A stretch of 53,156 nt of DNA from a virus. Taxonomy: Duplodnaviria > Caudoviricetes. Where the stretch lies: IMG/VR virus record IMGVR_UViG_3300035701_000044, positions 1 through 53,156 of that record, one strand, 5' to 3'. Shown piece after piece: positions 35,753 to 44,676 of the stretch. Both the position numbers and the translations under genes were made by a program. Position 1 is the stretch's first letter, and each line of letters starts with the position of its first letter. A model generated the notes under the pieces. It was not told the DNA's origin. It saw only the letters and a list, made by a program, of their open reading frames with translations, and searched no databases.

Positions 35753-35970
35753 TCATCCTCATCCCGGCCTAGAGCATCCAGGAGCGAAATGTTGTTCGCA
35801 TAGGCGGTCTTCATGAGCTTGTCACGTTCAACTGCCGGAGCCCTGGACCACCACTGCTGAAATTCGATACCAGCATCGGTGGCTGGGATGTCGAAGCTGG
35901 CCGCTTCCTTCAGCATCATCTCATCCCGGAGACGCGGAGGGATGCCGATGCGAATGAGAACCTTAGGCAT
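35749..35970 (-). CDS. Small KxA-motif protein
   Basis: GGAGG SD; LKEAAS and MKTAY. Confidence 0.65.
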   Translation of the reverse strand: MPKVLIRIGIPPRLRDEMMLKEAASFDIPATDAGIEFQQWWSRAPAVERDKLMKTAYANNISLLDALGRDEDD

Positions 35971-36148
35971 GGGAACCTCCCGGGGGTTCTGCCGCTCCCG
36001 AGGTTGGGGACTTCGGCTTCAGCGAACCCAGGTCTCCCTTTGCTTTGGAGGCCATGGGGTTGGGTAATGGCTTGGGTAGCCGCATGTCAACTGCTTCTTT
36101 TCGTAGCCGAGTTGCCAGCTCTCGCAATTTTTGGCTCAGGGGGGACAT
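35963..36148 (-). CDS. Small KxA-motif protein
   Basis: KLRELATRLRKEA; coupled to next gene. Confidence 0.6.
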   Translation of the reverse strand: MSPLSQKLRELATRLRKEAVDMRLPKPLPNPMASKAKGDLGSLKPKSPTSGAAEPPGGSHA

Positions 36149-36157
36149 CCGGGGCTC

Positions 36158-36898
36158 CTAATATGCGTAGCGTGCAGTCGGAAATTGACGGTATGCGGAA
36201 GCAACAGCCGGGGCGGCAACCCCTGCGGCTTGTGCTTCGGGGGAAACGCCCCCACCTAGAAGTGAGCTGGCCGCTCCTTCTCCTTTGGCGCCACCAATGA
36301 AGCCGGCTGCCGCCAGAGGAACTCCTCCGGCGGCGTACATGCCAAAGCGCTTAGCAGATTCACCCATCGTACCTGGTCCACTTTTGGCGTACTGCATGAT
36401 CCCGCCAAGTGTCGAATGGGCCTTATCTTGCTTCGCAAAAGAACCCAGGCGCTTTGCGAAGTCCGGAGCGTGGGATCCCAACCACTTTCTTCGGGACGCG
36501 ACCCCCATCAGACCGCGGGTTCCTTCGATGCTCCCACGGAACGCCAAGCCACCGGCAGCGCCACCCAGGGCTCCCCGAGCGTAGCGTTCGTACCACGGGT
36601 CTTCTCCGCCGGCCAGGGCGTTCATTGCTCCACCGGTGCCAGCACCAAACAAGGTGTCGCGCAGGTAGCTCTTGGCACCCTTGGGTACGCTAGCTACGAG
36701 TGCGTCGTGCCACGGACCGCCACCGTATGTTCCCATGCGCCCGGCACTGAGGGCTTTCCCAAGAACGCCCTGCCCTTTGTTCCGGGCGTTGCCAATATAC
36801 TTGAGGAAATTGGGGACGGCAGTCTTTTCGAGTCCAGCATCTCGGCTGGCTCGTATCACGCCGAGCACGAAAGCCTGCTTGAGAAGCTCCTCGTTCAT
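36158..36898 (-). CDS. Leader-bearing glycine-zipper protein
   Basis: ATGA-coupled start; MNEELLKQAFVLGVIRASRDAGLEKTA then multiple GxxxG tracts. Confidence 0.8.
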   Translation of the reverse strand: MNEELLKQAFVLGVIRASRDAGLEKTAVPNFLKYIGNARNKGQGVLGKALSAGRMGTYGGGPWHDALVASVPKGAKSYLRDTLFGAGTGGAMNALAGGEDPWYERYARGALGGAAGGLAFRGSIEGTRGLMGVASRRKWLGSHAPDFAKRLGSFAKQDKAHSTLGGIMQYAKSGPGTMGESAKRFGMYAAGGVPLAAAGFIGGAKGEGAASSLLGGGVSPEAQAAGVAAPAVASAYRQFPTARYAY

Positions 36899-37344
36899 CG
36901 GCGGCTCCGTGCTCCGGGGTAGATGTACCGGTACCCTGAGGACAAGCTGTCGTACCCAGACTCCATGTTGAGTTGCTGCTTGAACTTCTGAGCCGTAGCC
37001 TTCCACTCGGCTTTCAGGTTCTGCCCCAGTTGGGAATACTGCGCGTGCTTGTCGTCGATTCCAATGTTCTGGATATCGCCGTCTTGGTAAGTGGCCATGT
37101 TGCGGAGCTGCAGGATGGATTCGCTCATCATCAAGTGAGCCGCGGTTCCCAGGAGGAGAATCCAGTCGTTGGGGAAGCCCTCGCCGGTGTAGCTGCTGAT
37201 GGGGGTCATCGCGTTGAACTCGGCTAGCGCGAACATCATGGCGTCAGAGATGTCTTCTTCCGTGAACTGGACTTCGGCCAGCAGGATATTGTTGTCGGCA
37301 AAATCGCGTAGGAATCTACTGACCTGCCCAGACGTGATGGACAC
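36895..37344 (-). CDS. Putative head-tail adaptor (head completion) protein
   Basis: 149-aa helical protein just downstream of capsid; VSRFLRD...FTEEDI pattern. Confidence 0.6.
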   Translation of the reverse strand: MSITSGQVSRFLRDFADNNILLAEVQFTEEDISDAMMFALAEFNAMTPISSYTGEGFPNDWILLLGTAAHLMMSESILQLRNMATYQDGDIQNIGIDDKHAQYSQLGQNLKAEWKATAQKFKQQLNMESGYDSLSSGYRYIYPGARSRR

Positions 37345-37448
37345 GGCTCACCTCGCTTGAACTGAAGTGACAGAGGGTGGTCGACGGGTCAGGTCGCGTA
37401 GTTGAACGTTTTCCCAAATGTCGACCATGCCGGAAGCACCACGCGCTC

Positions 37449-37898
37449 CTAGTGCCGACCACGACGCCGGGGGCGGTCCTCATGCTCGGAAGGCCCCTCT
37501 TCGGGCTTCTCTTCCGGCTTCTCTTCCGGCTTTTCCGGAGGCGGAGGGGGTGCCTCGGTATTCATCGCTTCGATCGGCGCTGCCGGGGATATGGCATCTG
37601 CCGCAGCTTTGGCCACACTCGCTGCCTTGTCGGCCTCTTTCGTGGCCTTCACGGCGATGGTGGCCCTGACGTCGGCAATGCCTCTGAGGGCAACGGCGTC
37701 GCGCTTCGCCGCTTCCTCGAGGGGCAGGACGCTGATCTTCCCGAGTTGGGCGAAGCGCTTCACATCTGGGAGCTCCGCGACCGAATCGGAGATCTGGCGC
37801 CGGTCCTTCTGCCCCGGCGAGCCCTTGGGATGCAACTCCAGACGACCGTTGTTGAGAATGACGGTCGTCTGGGTTTCGTTGAATGCAATCTTCATCAC
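37449..37898 (-). CDS. Capsid-adjacent hypothetical protein with low-complexity tail
   Basis: Follows MCP; EKPE repeats, PRRRGRH end. Confidence 0.65.
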   Translation of the reverse strand: MMKIAFNETQTTVILNNGRLELHPKGSPGQKDRRQISDSVAELPDVKRFAQLGKISVLPLEEAAKRDAVALRGIADVRATIAVKATKEADKAASVAKAAADAISPAAPIEAMNTEAPPPPPEKPEEKPEEKPEEGPSEHEDRPRRRGRH

Positions 37899-37905
37899 TC
37901 ACCCC

Positions 37906-38805
37906 TTAGACCAAGGTGACGCGGGTGATGGCGGCGGTGTTTCCGATACCGATGCCCGGAGCGCTGTAGCTCCAGAACTCGATCATGTCGGCTTCCTGCT
38001 TGATGAACAGGGTCGCATCCTGCAGGAGGTAGAAGTTGCCGAGGAAGTTCTCCGGCCCGAACACCCAGAACTCGTCGTTCTGCACGATGTCGTTCTTGAT
38101 GGTGGTGATGACCGGGAAGCCCCACAGCTTCTCCTCTTCTTCGATACCCTGGTCGTAGTGCCGGCTGGCCACTTCACCGATGGTGGTGAAGGGGATGTTC
38201 AGCAGGTCGTAGTAGAGCTCTTTGGTCATCAAGAGCTTCCCGATGGGGATCTTCCGGGCGATCTGCTTCTGCAGGGCGGTGACGATGTTGCTGCTGCCCA
38301 GGGGGCCACCGAGGGTCAGGTCCTGGTTCGGCTTGCCGGCGACGCAGGCGACGCAAGTCTCGTAGAACTTGCTGTCTTCCTGGTCCGCCATGTCCTTCAC
38401 CGAGTTGTCGCTCAGGATCTTCCGGATGTCGTTCTGGTAGGTCATGAGCTCGAACTTGCTCTTGTTGAAGCGCTGGCTTTCGACCTTGCCGAAGTAGACG
38501 GCGTAGCGCGGCCCGCTGAACCAGGTCCGGTCGCCGGTGCCCTTGAAGGTCACGAACGTGGCGACGGAGTCGGGCTCCTTCTCCACGATCTTCTTCGGGA
38601 GGTCGGTGTCCTCAGAGCGGTCGATCTCATCGTCCGCCAGGACGAGTGGGGTCAGGATCTCGCGTGCGAACGAGGTCTGACGGAGCTTGGAACGGATGAA
38701 CGCAGAACCCTCGGTCTGGGCTTCCTTCACCCGGCCCTCCTCGATCTTCCGGAGGAAGTTCGAGTTGATGAACTGCGCGGACACCTGCGAGGTTTCGGTT
38801 CTCAT
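37906..38805 (-). CDS. Major capsid protein (HK97-like, compact)
   Basis: Strong SD and GC3 bias; follows scaffold/decoration genes; IRSKLRQTSFAREIL, DMADQEDSKF, GIGIGNTAAI end. Confidence 0.75.
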   Translation of the reverse strand: MRTETSQVSAQFINSNFLRKIEEGRVKEAQTEGSAFIRSKLRQTSFAREILTPLVLADDEIDRSEDTDLPKKIVEKEPDSVATFVTFKGTGDRTWFSGPRYAVYFGKVESQRFNKSKFELMTYQNDIRKILSDNSVKDMADQEDSKFYETCVACVAGKPNQDLTLGGPLGSSNIVTALQKQIARKIPIGKLLMTKELYYDLLNIPFTTIGEVASRHYDQGIEEEEKLWGFPVITTIKNDIVQNDEFWVFGPENFLGNFYLLQDATLFIKQEADMIEFWSYSAPGIGIGNTAAITRVTLV

Positions 38806-38860
38806 TGCGAATTCTCCTTGAGAGTAAGCGTTTTAGCTTTCCTGTTTCTGTTGGGACTGC

Positions 38861-39310
38861 CTACGACTCCACAACGATCCAGCCGTTGACGGAGTCGACT
38901 TGAATCACCTTGCCCAAGCTGAAGATCCCGGCTCCGGGGTTGACGTTGGTCAACTTGCCGTTGACGTCGGACCACAGGCGGTCGCCCACGACCATGGCGA
39001 GAACGGTCGGGATCTTGAAAATGACCCCGGTGCGCAGCTTGATGCAGCTCAGGGTGCCAGTGAACCGGCCATCGTACTGGTCGCGCCCCTGGATGACCAA
39101 CCAGGGGTTGTCGAGGTTGCCGCTGGCCGGCAACGCCGACTGGTAGCGGTCGACCACCGGCTTGCCTGGGATGGTCCCGGCTTCGACATCGACGATGGTT
39201 CCTTCTTCGATGTTGGGGGTGACCAGGTCTTTTTGCTTGAACTCATACCAGAGCGCGCAGCTGTTGGGCCATCCGCGGAGGATGTCGAAGTTGGAGTTGA
39301 GGTTCGACAT
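38861..39310 (-). CDS. Capsid decoration-like protein, paralog 3
   Basis: MSNLNSNFDILRGWP...WLVIQGRDQYD. Confidence 0.65.
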   Translation of the reverse strand: MSNLNSNFDILRGWPNSCALWYEFKQKDLVTPNIEEGTIVDVEAGTIPGKPVVDRYQSALPASGNLDNPWLVIQGRDQYDGRFTGTLSCIKLRTGVIFKIPTVLAMVVGDRLWSDVNGKLTNVNPGAGIFSLGKVIQVDSVNGWIVVES

Positions 39311-39322
39311 GTCGGTTCTCCT

Positions 39323-39787
39323 TTACACCCCGGACCCGCCGGCTGCGATGACGAGATAGCCGGAGGTCGCGTTGATTTCGATGACTTGTCCGATGGATTG
39401 CTGGGCGGCGACGACCTTGGCGATGATGCCATTGTTGGCGTACACCAGGTCGCCTACGGCGAAACCACCGGGACCGGCTGTGGCCACCTTGAAGATCACG
39501 CCCGACTTGAGGGCCAGGGCGGTGACCTTGTTGGCGGTGACGGCGTCGGAGGTGTCCATGCCCTCGATGACCAACCAGGGATAGTCCGGGGGGATGACGA
39601 CGCCAACGTTGGCGCTGGTCAGCTTGGTCAGGACGGGCACGCCGGCTTCGTTTACGACCTTGCCGATCATGCCCTCGATCAGGATGGGGGCCTCGGCCGC
39701 TTTCTGCTTGAAGTTGTACTCCAGGGCGCTCTTGCCGTGAGGCGGGAGGCCTGCGAGCACATCGAACAGCGAGTTCAGTTGCGACAT
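39323..39787 (-). CDS. Capsid decoration-like protein, paralog 2
   Basis: MSQLNSLFDVLAGLP...WLVIEGMD. Confidence 0.65.
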   Translation of the reverse strand: MSQLNSLFDVLAGLPPHGKSALEYNFKQKAAEAPILIEGMIGKVVNEAGVPVLTKLTSANVGVVIPPDYPWLVIEGMDTSDAVTANKVTALALKSGVIFKVATAGPGGFAVGDLVYANNGIIAKVVAAQQSIGQVIEINATSGYLVIAAGGSGV

Positions 39788-39799
39788 GGCAATTCTCCC

Positions 39800-40933
39800 T
39801 TAGTAGGTGGCGATGACAACCCAGCCCGTGGCGCCGGCGATCCCATTGGACAGCAGCACCTGGCCGAGAGGCCATTCCATCCCCCCGCCTGCGGTGAGCT
39901 TCTGCAGCGCGCCCGCGTTGGCGCACACACGATCACCAGGAACGAGGGTGTCAGCGATGGCGGTTGCGACCTTGAGGACAGCGCCGCTTGAGCACTTGAC
40001 GCAGGTGACCCGGTTGACGAAGCGGCTGTCGTACTGGTCGTTTCCTTGGATAACCATCCAGGCGTCGTCCTTAGGGGCGCTGGCGACGACACCGGAGGTC
40101 AGAGCCTTGATGAGGGCCGGGGCCTCCATCTGCCGAGCGGATTTGTACCACGCTCCGCCCGGGTGAGTCCCGGTGTAGTCGTAGTACTTGTTCTCGTAGA
40201 TGCTGTCGACGCCGTTGATCTTGATGCGGTTGCCGCTGATCGGAACGGTCGCGGCCCAGGTGGCGCCGGCAGGCGTGGCACCGGTGACGGTACCGAAGGG
40301 GATGGGGACCGTTGTGGTGCCCGTGATGGCCAGCGTATCGGCGACATGGAAGACGTCAGCAGGCGTGGTCGGGTCGATGACCCAGGTGCGCGACCCGTCG
40401 GTCGTGTAGGATACCAGCTTTCCGGTGTGGCCCGAACCGGTGGCCACTACAGTTTTCCCGATGTCGCTGGTGCCAGGGCTCTCGTAGTTGAGCGCGGCGC
40501 TGACCACCGAGACGGTCTTCTTGGTGTACTGCAGCACCTTCTCTTCGTGGCCAGCGAAAGCGCCGGCCGCGGCGGCTTCGATAACCACGACGCGGGTGCC
40601 GGTGGCCACTTCGGACTCGATGCCAGCGACGACGGCGTTCCACGCGGTGCCATCCCACTCAACGATGTCGCCGATGGCGAAGCCAGCCCACGCGCCGCCT
40701 AGCCCAGCAACCACGTACGACTTGCCGCGGTCGGCGGCAACCAAGGCGGGGGCGGCCACCAAGGAGCTGTCCTTGATGCGCAGGACCTTGGCGGGGAGCA
40801 ACTCGCGCGTTGCTACATACACCAGAGTTCCCTCGGGGAGGGTGGCGCCGGTATCGGGGTCGAAGCCCGCTTCGAGTGCCGACGAATCGGGCCAACCGCG
40901 CAGGATGTCAAAAACAGAATTCAGGTTCGACAT
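39800..40933 (-). CDS. Capsid decoration-like protein, paralog 1, with ~230-aa insertion
   Basis: MSNLNSVFDILRGWP...WMVIQGNDQYD; insert contains YVV..GGAWAG...IVEWDGTAW (DUF2793-like). Confidence 0.65.
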   Translation of the reverse strand: MSNLNSVFDILRGWPDSSALEAGFDPDTGATLPEGTLVYVATRELLPAKVLRIKDSSLVAAPALVAADRGKSYVVAGLGGAWAGFAIGDIVEWDGTAWNAVVAGIESEVATGTRVVVIEAAAAGAFAGHEEKVLQYTKKTVSVVSAALNYESPGTSDIGKTVVATGSGHTGKLVSYTTDGSRTWVIDPTTPADVFHVADTLAITGTTTVPIPFGTVTGATPAGATWAATVPISGNRIKINGVDSIYENKYYDYTGTHPGGAWYKSARQMEAPALIKALTSGVVASAPKDDAWMVIQGNDQYDSRFVNRVTCVKCSSGAVLKVATAIADTLVPGDRVCANAGALQKLTAGGGMEWPLGQVLLSNGIAGATGWVVIATY

Positions 40934-40945
40934 GAAGTTGTCTCC

Positions 40946-41302
40946 TTACTCAATGATCCACTGGAGGAAGCGATCACCGGCGATCTCGGCTGCTTCCTTC
41001 TTGTTTTCGGGCTCCGCGGAGAAGTCGCGCTTTTCGCTCGGCTCCCCCATGGTCATTTGGTCGGTGTCCTTCTTGGTTTCGGCGACCTTCTCCATCGCTT
41101 CCAACAACGGTACGTCCGCTCCCGAAAACTTCTTCAGGAGGTCGTCTGAGATGGTTTCGCCAGTGGCGGCGGCGTACTTCTCACCGATGGAAACGATCAG
41201 CGACTCCTTGGCGGCGTTGACTTGGGCCTGCTTTTCGGACTCGTTGGCTTCGACGTAATCCGCCATGGCGTCCAGTACGTCTGCGATCTTGGTTAGTTCC
41301 AT
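40946..41302 (-). CDS. Small acidic scaffold-like protein
   Basis: GAGG SD; helical; EKQA, EKYA, EKVA, KKEA. Confidence 0.65.
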   Translation of the reverse strand: MELTKIADVLDAMADYVEANESEKQAQVNAAKESLIVSIGEKYAAATGETISDDLLKKFSGADVPLLEAMEKVAETKKDTDQMTMGEPSEKRDFSAEPENKKEAAEIAGDRFLQWIIE

Positions 41303-41307
41303 GATCC

Positions 41308-41445
41308 TCACCCAATCTTGCGCTTCAGGAGAACCAGGGCGGTAGCCGCCTGGGCGACCTGTGCGCACTTCACGAGTTTCTTGTCCTTGTGCTCTTCGCT
41401 CATCTTCCGAAGAAGGGCGGCGAGCTTACGAAGTTCAGCGTGCAT
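41308..41445 (-). CDS. 45-aa helical protein (not in ORF track)
   Basis: GGAG SD; MHAELRKLAALLRKMSEE...VKCAQ. Confidence 0.6.
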   Translation of the reverse strand: MHAELRKLAALLRKMSEEHKDKKLVKCAQVAQAATALVLLKRKIG

Positions 41446-41665
41446 TCGCCACTCCATCCAGGAAAGCTTTGACGTCGTCAACGGTCACATCGGTGGAACC
41501 GGAACGGAGTTCTACGGCGAGTTTTTGCAGCCCTTCGCCTAGAGTTGTCCGCGCTGTTGGGTGCGCCGAAGCTTCTTTCACGATCTGCCGGGCTGCCAGG
41601 TCCGTGAGCTTGGCGGTCTTCACTTCCGCCAAAATGTCGTTCACGATTTTGGAGATCGAGTTCAT
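41435..41665 (-). CDS. Small KxA-motif protein
   Basis: VKTA, VKEA, QKLA; ATGA coupling. Confidence 0.7.
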   Translation of the reverse strand: MNSISKIVNDILAEVKTAKLTDLAARQIVKEASAHPTARTTLGEGLQKLAVELRSGSTDVTVDDVKAFLDGVANAR

Positions 41666-42018
41666 ATCGACGTGAACTCCTCTTCACCCGCGCCCCCAGG
41701 GACAAGCCCCAGACCCGTAGCTTTCGAGAGAGTCCTCAATATCGGAGGCGCTACGAGCCCCGAGGCGACTCCTGCACCGAAAGCCAGGTTTCGAGTACGG
41801 AGCCGCTCATCTTCTGCCGACGACTCTGCTCGGGACTTGGCGATAAGAGCGGCAGGGATTCCTGCGCCGGCGACGGTAAGAGCGCCCAACCCAAACATGG
41901 CCGCGGGATGCCGTAAAACCTTGCCCAGGGCTCCCTGAGCAAGCTTCTTGATCTCCTGCACTTCGGAGGAAGCCGAAGCCAGCTTGAACAGCTGGGCGTA
42001 TGTCTCGGCTGCGTTCAT
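41662..42018 (-). CDS. KxA-motif protein with two Gly-rich hydrophobic segments
   Basis: FKLA, KKLA then GLGALTVAGAG and FGAGVASG. Confidence 0.7.
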   Translation of the reverse strand: MNAAETYAQLFKLASASSEVQEIKKLAQGALGKVLRHPAAMFGLGALTVAGAGIPAALIAKSRAESSAEDERLRTRNLAFGAGVASGLVAPPILRTLSKATGLGLVPGGAGEEEFTSI

Positions 42019-42027
42019 CCGCCCTCT

Positions 42028-42789
42028 TTACATCGCCCGGATCACGTTGATGGTGTCGCCGTAGCCCCGGTCGAACGTGTCGCCAGCCATCTTGGTCAGC
42101 TCGTTCATGGTGTCGCTGTAGCCGCGCTTGATCTCGGCCAGCTTCTCGCGTCCTTCGGGGGTCTCGGCCAGCTTCTCGAGCTCGGCGGCCAACTGGTTCT
42201 CGGAGTTGAATTCCGTAGCCACCTTCTGAAGCTGAGTCTGCCCTGCGGCGGTCTTCTGGAGTTCGACGATCTGCTTCTGGGTGTCCGCATAGCCCTTTTC
42301 GAACGCGGCGACTTTCAGTTGTTCGATCTGGGCCTTTCCGTGGAGGTAGCCCAGGTCGATGGCTTGCTTGGTCAGGTCCGGGTTCTCAGAAGCGAACTTC
42401 TCGAACTCGGCCTGGGTCGGCACACCGTCCGCGCTAGCGGTCTTCAGAGTCGGGACCGGCTCCTTGGCGGCGGCGGACTCGTACTGCCCGAGGCGAGACA
42501 TGAACCCGTCGGCGACGGCGGCGCCGTAAAACTGCGCCTCCTTCACCAGGGCCGCGGACTCGCTGTTGGCCAAGTCGGTGGCCATCTTCACGAGCTCGCC
42601 GGTGGCCGGCTTCGCACCTGGCTGCGCGGCGGCAGTTTTTTCTCCTGGGGTGAGCACACCGTCCAGCGCGCTGAGCAGCTTGTCACGCGCCCCGGCGGTT
42701 TTTGCGCCAGGAGCTGGGGCGCTGGCGGTCTTCGTCAAACCGTCGGTGCTGGTTCCCTTGATCTGGGTCATGATTTCGTGGAGCTCCAT
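42028..42789 (-). CDS. Prohead scaffold/core protein
   Basis: First gene of capsid operon; about 14 K-x-A motifs in 253 aa; repeated GYxDT helices. Confidence 0.65.
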   Translation of the reverse strand: MELHEIMTQIKGTSTDGLTKTASAPAPGAKTAGARDKLLSALDGVLTPGEKTAAAQPGAKPATGELVKMATDLANSESAALVKEAQFYGAAVADGFMSRLGQYESAAAKEPVPTLKTASADGVPTQAEFEKFASENPDLTKQAIDLGYLHGKAQIEQLKVAAFEKGYADTQKQIVELQKTAAGQTQLQKVATEFNSENQLAAELEKLAETPEGREKLAEIKRGYSDTMNELTKMAGDTFDRGYGDTINVIRAM

Positions 42790-42824
42790 GTCGAAACTCT
42801 CCTTTTTGTCCCCGATTCACGAGG

Positions 42825-42854
42825 AATAGTAGGACGTTTTATTTACCTACACAA
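42825..42854 (-). promoter_or_regulatory. Sigma70-like promoter for scaffold/capsid operon
   Basis: TTGTGT-N17-TACTAT (CCTACTATT). Confidence 0.8.
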
Positions 42855-42861
42855 GCCAAAG

Positions 42862-44676
42862 TCAAAGACAAATGGCGTCTCCGACTTTTAGGGCTGCAGC
42901 ATCGAAGTTGGTTCCGCCCTCGTCCAGGATAATGGCGGCGACTTTTTTGTTACGAGCCCGAGGGCGATGAGCGAACTCCATGGCCATTTTGATGACTGCG
43001 TCCGAGATTCCAAATTCGGCGCTGGCCGATTGCTTTTCCACCAACTCCGTCCCCGGGAAAATGGTCTTGCCGTGGTACTGTGTGGGAAGGTAGATGTTTT
43101 CCCCCGTCTCCGCCCGAATGTGGGGGTAGCCCTGGCTTGCCCGGGACAGCCTCCGAACGCCGGAAAGCCCAAGTAGTGGGGCTGCCATGCGCGCTCCACG
43201 GAATGGCGCGAGCGCCAGGCCACCGGCGAGCAGCGCACCGCCCCCCAGAATTTTCTTCAGCTTTTGCATCTTGGCAAGACCCTCAGTCCGCCGTGCAACA
43301 GAGTGGGTGGTCTGGTATTCTTTTCCGGTGTTCGGGTCACGCACGTTCACCAGGTCAAAATCACCGGGGGTGTATCCTGTTGTAGGATCCGGCGTCGTCT
43401 GCCGGAGCCCAAAAAATGAACGCTTGACCAGCCAATCTCGGTGCTGTGAACGCTTCTCCACCCAGGAGCTCATCTTTTCGGCCAGAGCCTGGTTTATGTT
43501 CTCCGGGGACAATTCCAAGCATCCGGTTTCTTCCATGCTGTCGAGCAACTCAGGGTTTTCGGCAAGGGCGCTGAACACCTGGTGCTGCGCTGCGACTGCA
43601 CGGTCGAGGTACTCTTCGGGGATGTCAATGTCTGGAGCGAACTTCCAAACGAAGTACTTGAGGAACTCCGGCGTGGTCAGCAGGATGCCCATTGAGGCCA
43701 GCGTCGACAGCACTTCAGCTGGTCGGTAGGAAATCAGTTGTCGGATCGTGGCGTCGTCGATTGGCGGCATACTCGCAGCTGCAGGAGCAGCGACGGCGTC
43801 ATTGAATTGCTTGACCTCGTGAGTTGTGCCGGAATCGGTCTTGGCTGCGGGGATGCTCCCGTTCAGTACTTTCTGAATGAGGGATAGCTTTCGCAGGTTA
43901 GCGACTTTCTTGGAGGCTTCCGCGACGTATTCGCCCAACTCGGAGCCACTGTGCAACTCTGGAACCGACTCGGCAACTTTCTTCATCATGAAGCCGAGCC
44001 GGTCAGCTGGACGACGAACCATCGAGATGTCGAAGAACTTCGGTGATGGGTTCCACACGCCAACGGGTTTGCCATTTGAGAGTGTTTCGCCGAGTTGGTA
44101 TTTGGCGTGGTCGCAGTACTCTTTCCGGCTGGGGGCGCAGTTGCCGCAGATGTTGCAGACGTCGTACTTGACCTTGCACCCCATACTGCATGCCGGATAT
44201 TTGCCGCTTTCAATTTCCTGGACGATGTCTTCGGCTTGTTGGTTGTCCAGGGCGAGGAGCAGCTCGACGCGGTGCATGGGCCAGTTGTAGAAGGCCCGGA
44301 CTACCTGGCCGATTCGCTTCTCGGGGTCCTTGTTGATGTGGTGCCGAAAAACGTTCGCGCTGTTTTCGAACGATTGGTAGTGCTTCGGGAGGACCTCATC
44401 AGGGCCGATGATGGTTTTACCGATACGCATCGGTCTTTCAGACCAACCATCTCCGTTCCTGTTGAATCCGTAGAACTCGCCTGCGGTCATCGCCAGAACC
44501 AGGATGATGGTCTTCCCTGGCATCGGTTTGACGTTCTTGATGTAGTCGAGTGCCTCGCTTGCGGTCTTTACGTGCGCGAGCTTGTTGAATTCGTGGGGCC
44601 GGACGATTTGAATCGTCGGTTCGCCATACTTCGAAAGCTCATCAAGCTCGATGAACTTGGGGAAGAGTTCTATCAT
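42862..44676 (-). CDS. Prohead maturation protease (HK97/herpes-type fold with Zn-finger insert) with long C-terminal extension
   Basis: NRNGD, FRHH, SMGC, CNICG...CDH, FFDISMVRRPAD; located just upstream of scaffold/capsid operon. Confidence 0.7.
   Translation of the reverse strand: MIELFPKFIELDELSKYGEPTIQIVRPHEFNKLAHVKTASEALDYIKNVKPMPGKTIILVLAMTAGEFYGFNRNGDGWSERPMRIGKTIIGPDEVLPKHYQSFENSANVFRHHINKDPEKRIGQVVRAFYNWPMHRVELLLALDNQQAEDIVQEIESGKYPACSMGCKVKYDVCNICGNCAPSRKEYCDHAKYQLGETLSNGKPVGVWNPSPKFFDISMVRRPADRLGFMMKKVAESVPELHSGSELGEYVAEASKKVANLRKLSLIQKVLNGSIPAAKTDSGTTHEVKQFNDAVAAPAAASMPPIDDATIRQLISYRPAEVLSTLASMGILLTTPEFLKYFVWKFAPDIDIPEEYLDRAVAAQHQVFSALAENPELLDSMEETGCLELSPENINQALAEKMSSWVEKRSQHRDWLVKRSFFGLRQTTPDPTTGYTPGDFDLVNVRDPNTGKEYQTTHSVARRTEGLAKMQKLKKILGGGALLAGGLALAPFRGARMAAPLLGLSGVRRLSRASQGYPHIRAETGENIYLPTQYHGKTIFPGTELVEKQSASAEFGISDAVIKMAMEFAHRPRARNKKVAAIILDEGGTNFDAAALKVGDAICL

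Noticed and set aside
37906-38805. Compact capsid-like protein as a cellular encapsulin
   Set aside because: Context is a phage head-tail module with protease, decoration and neck genes.
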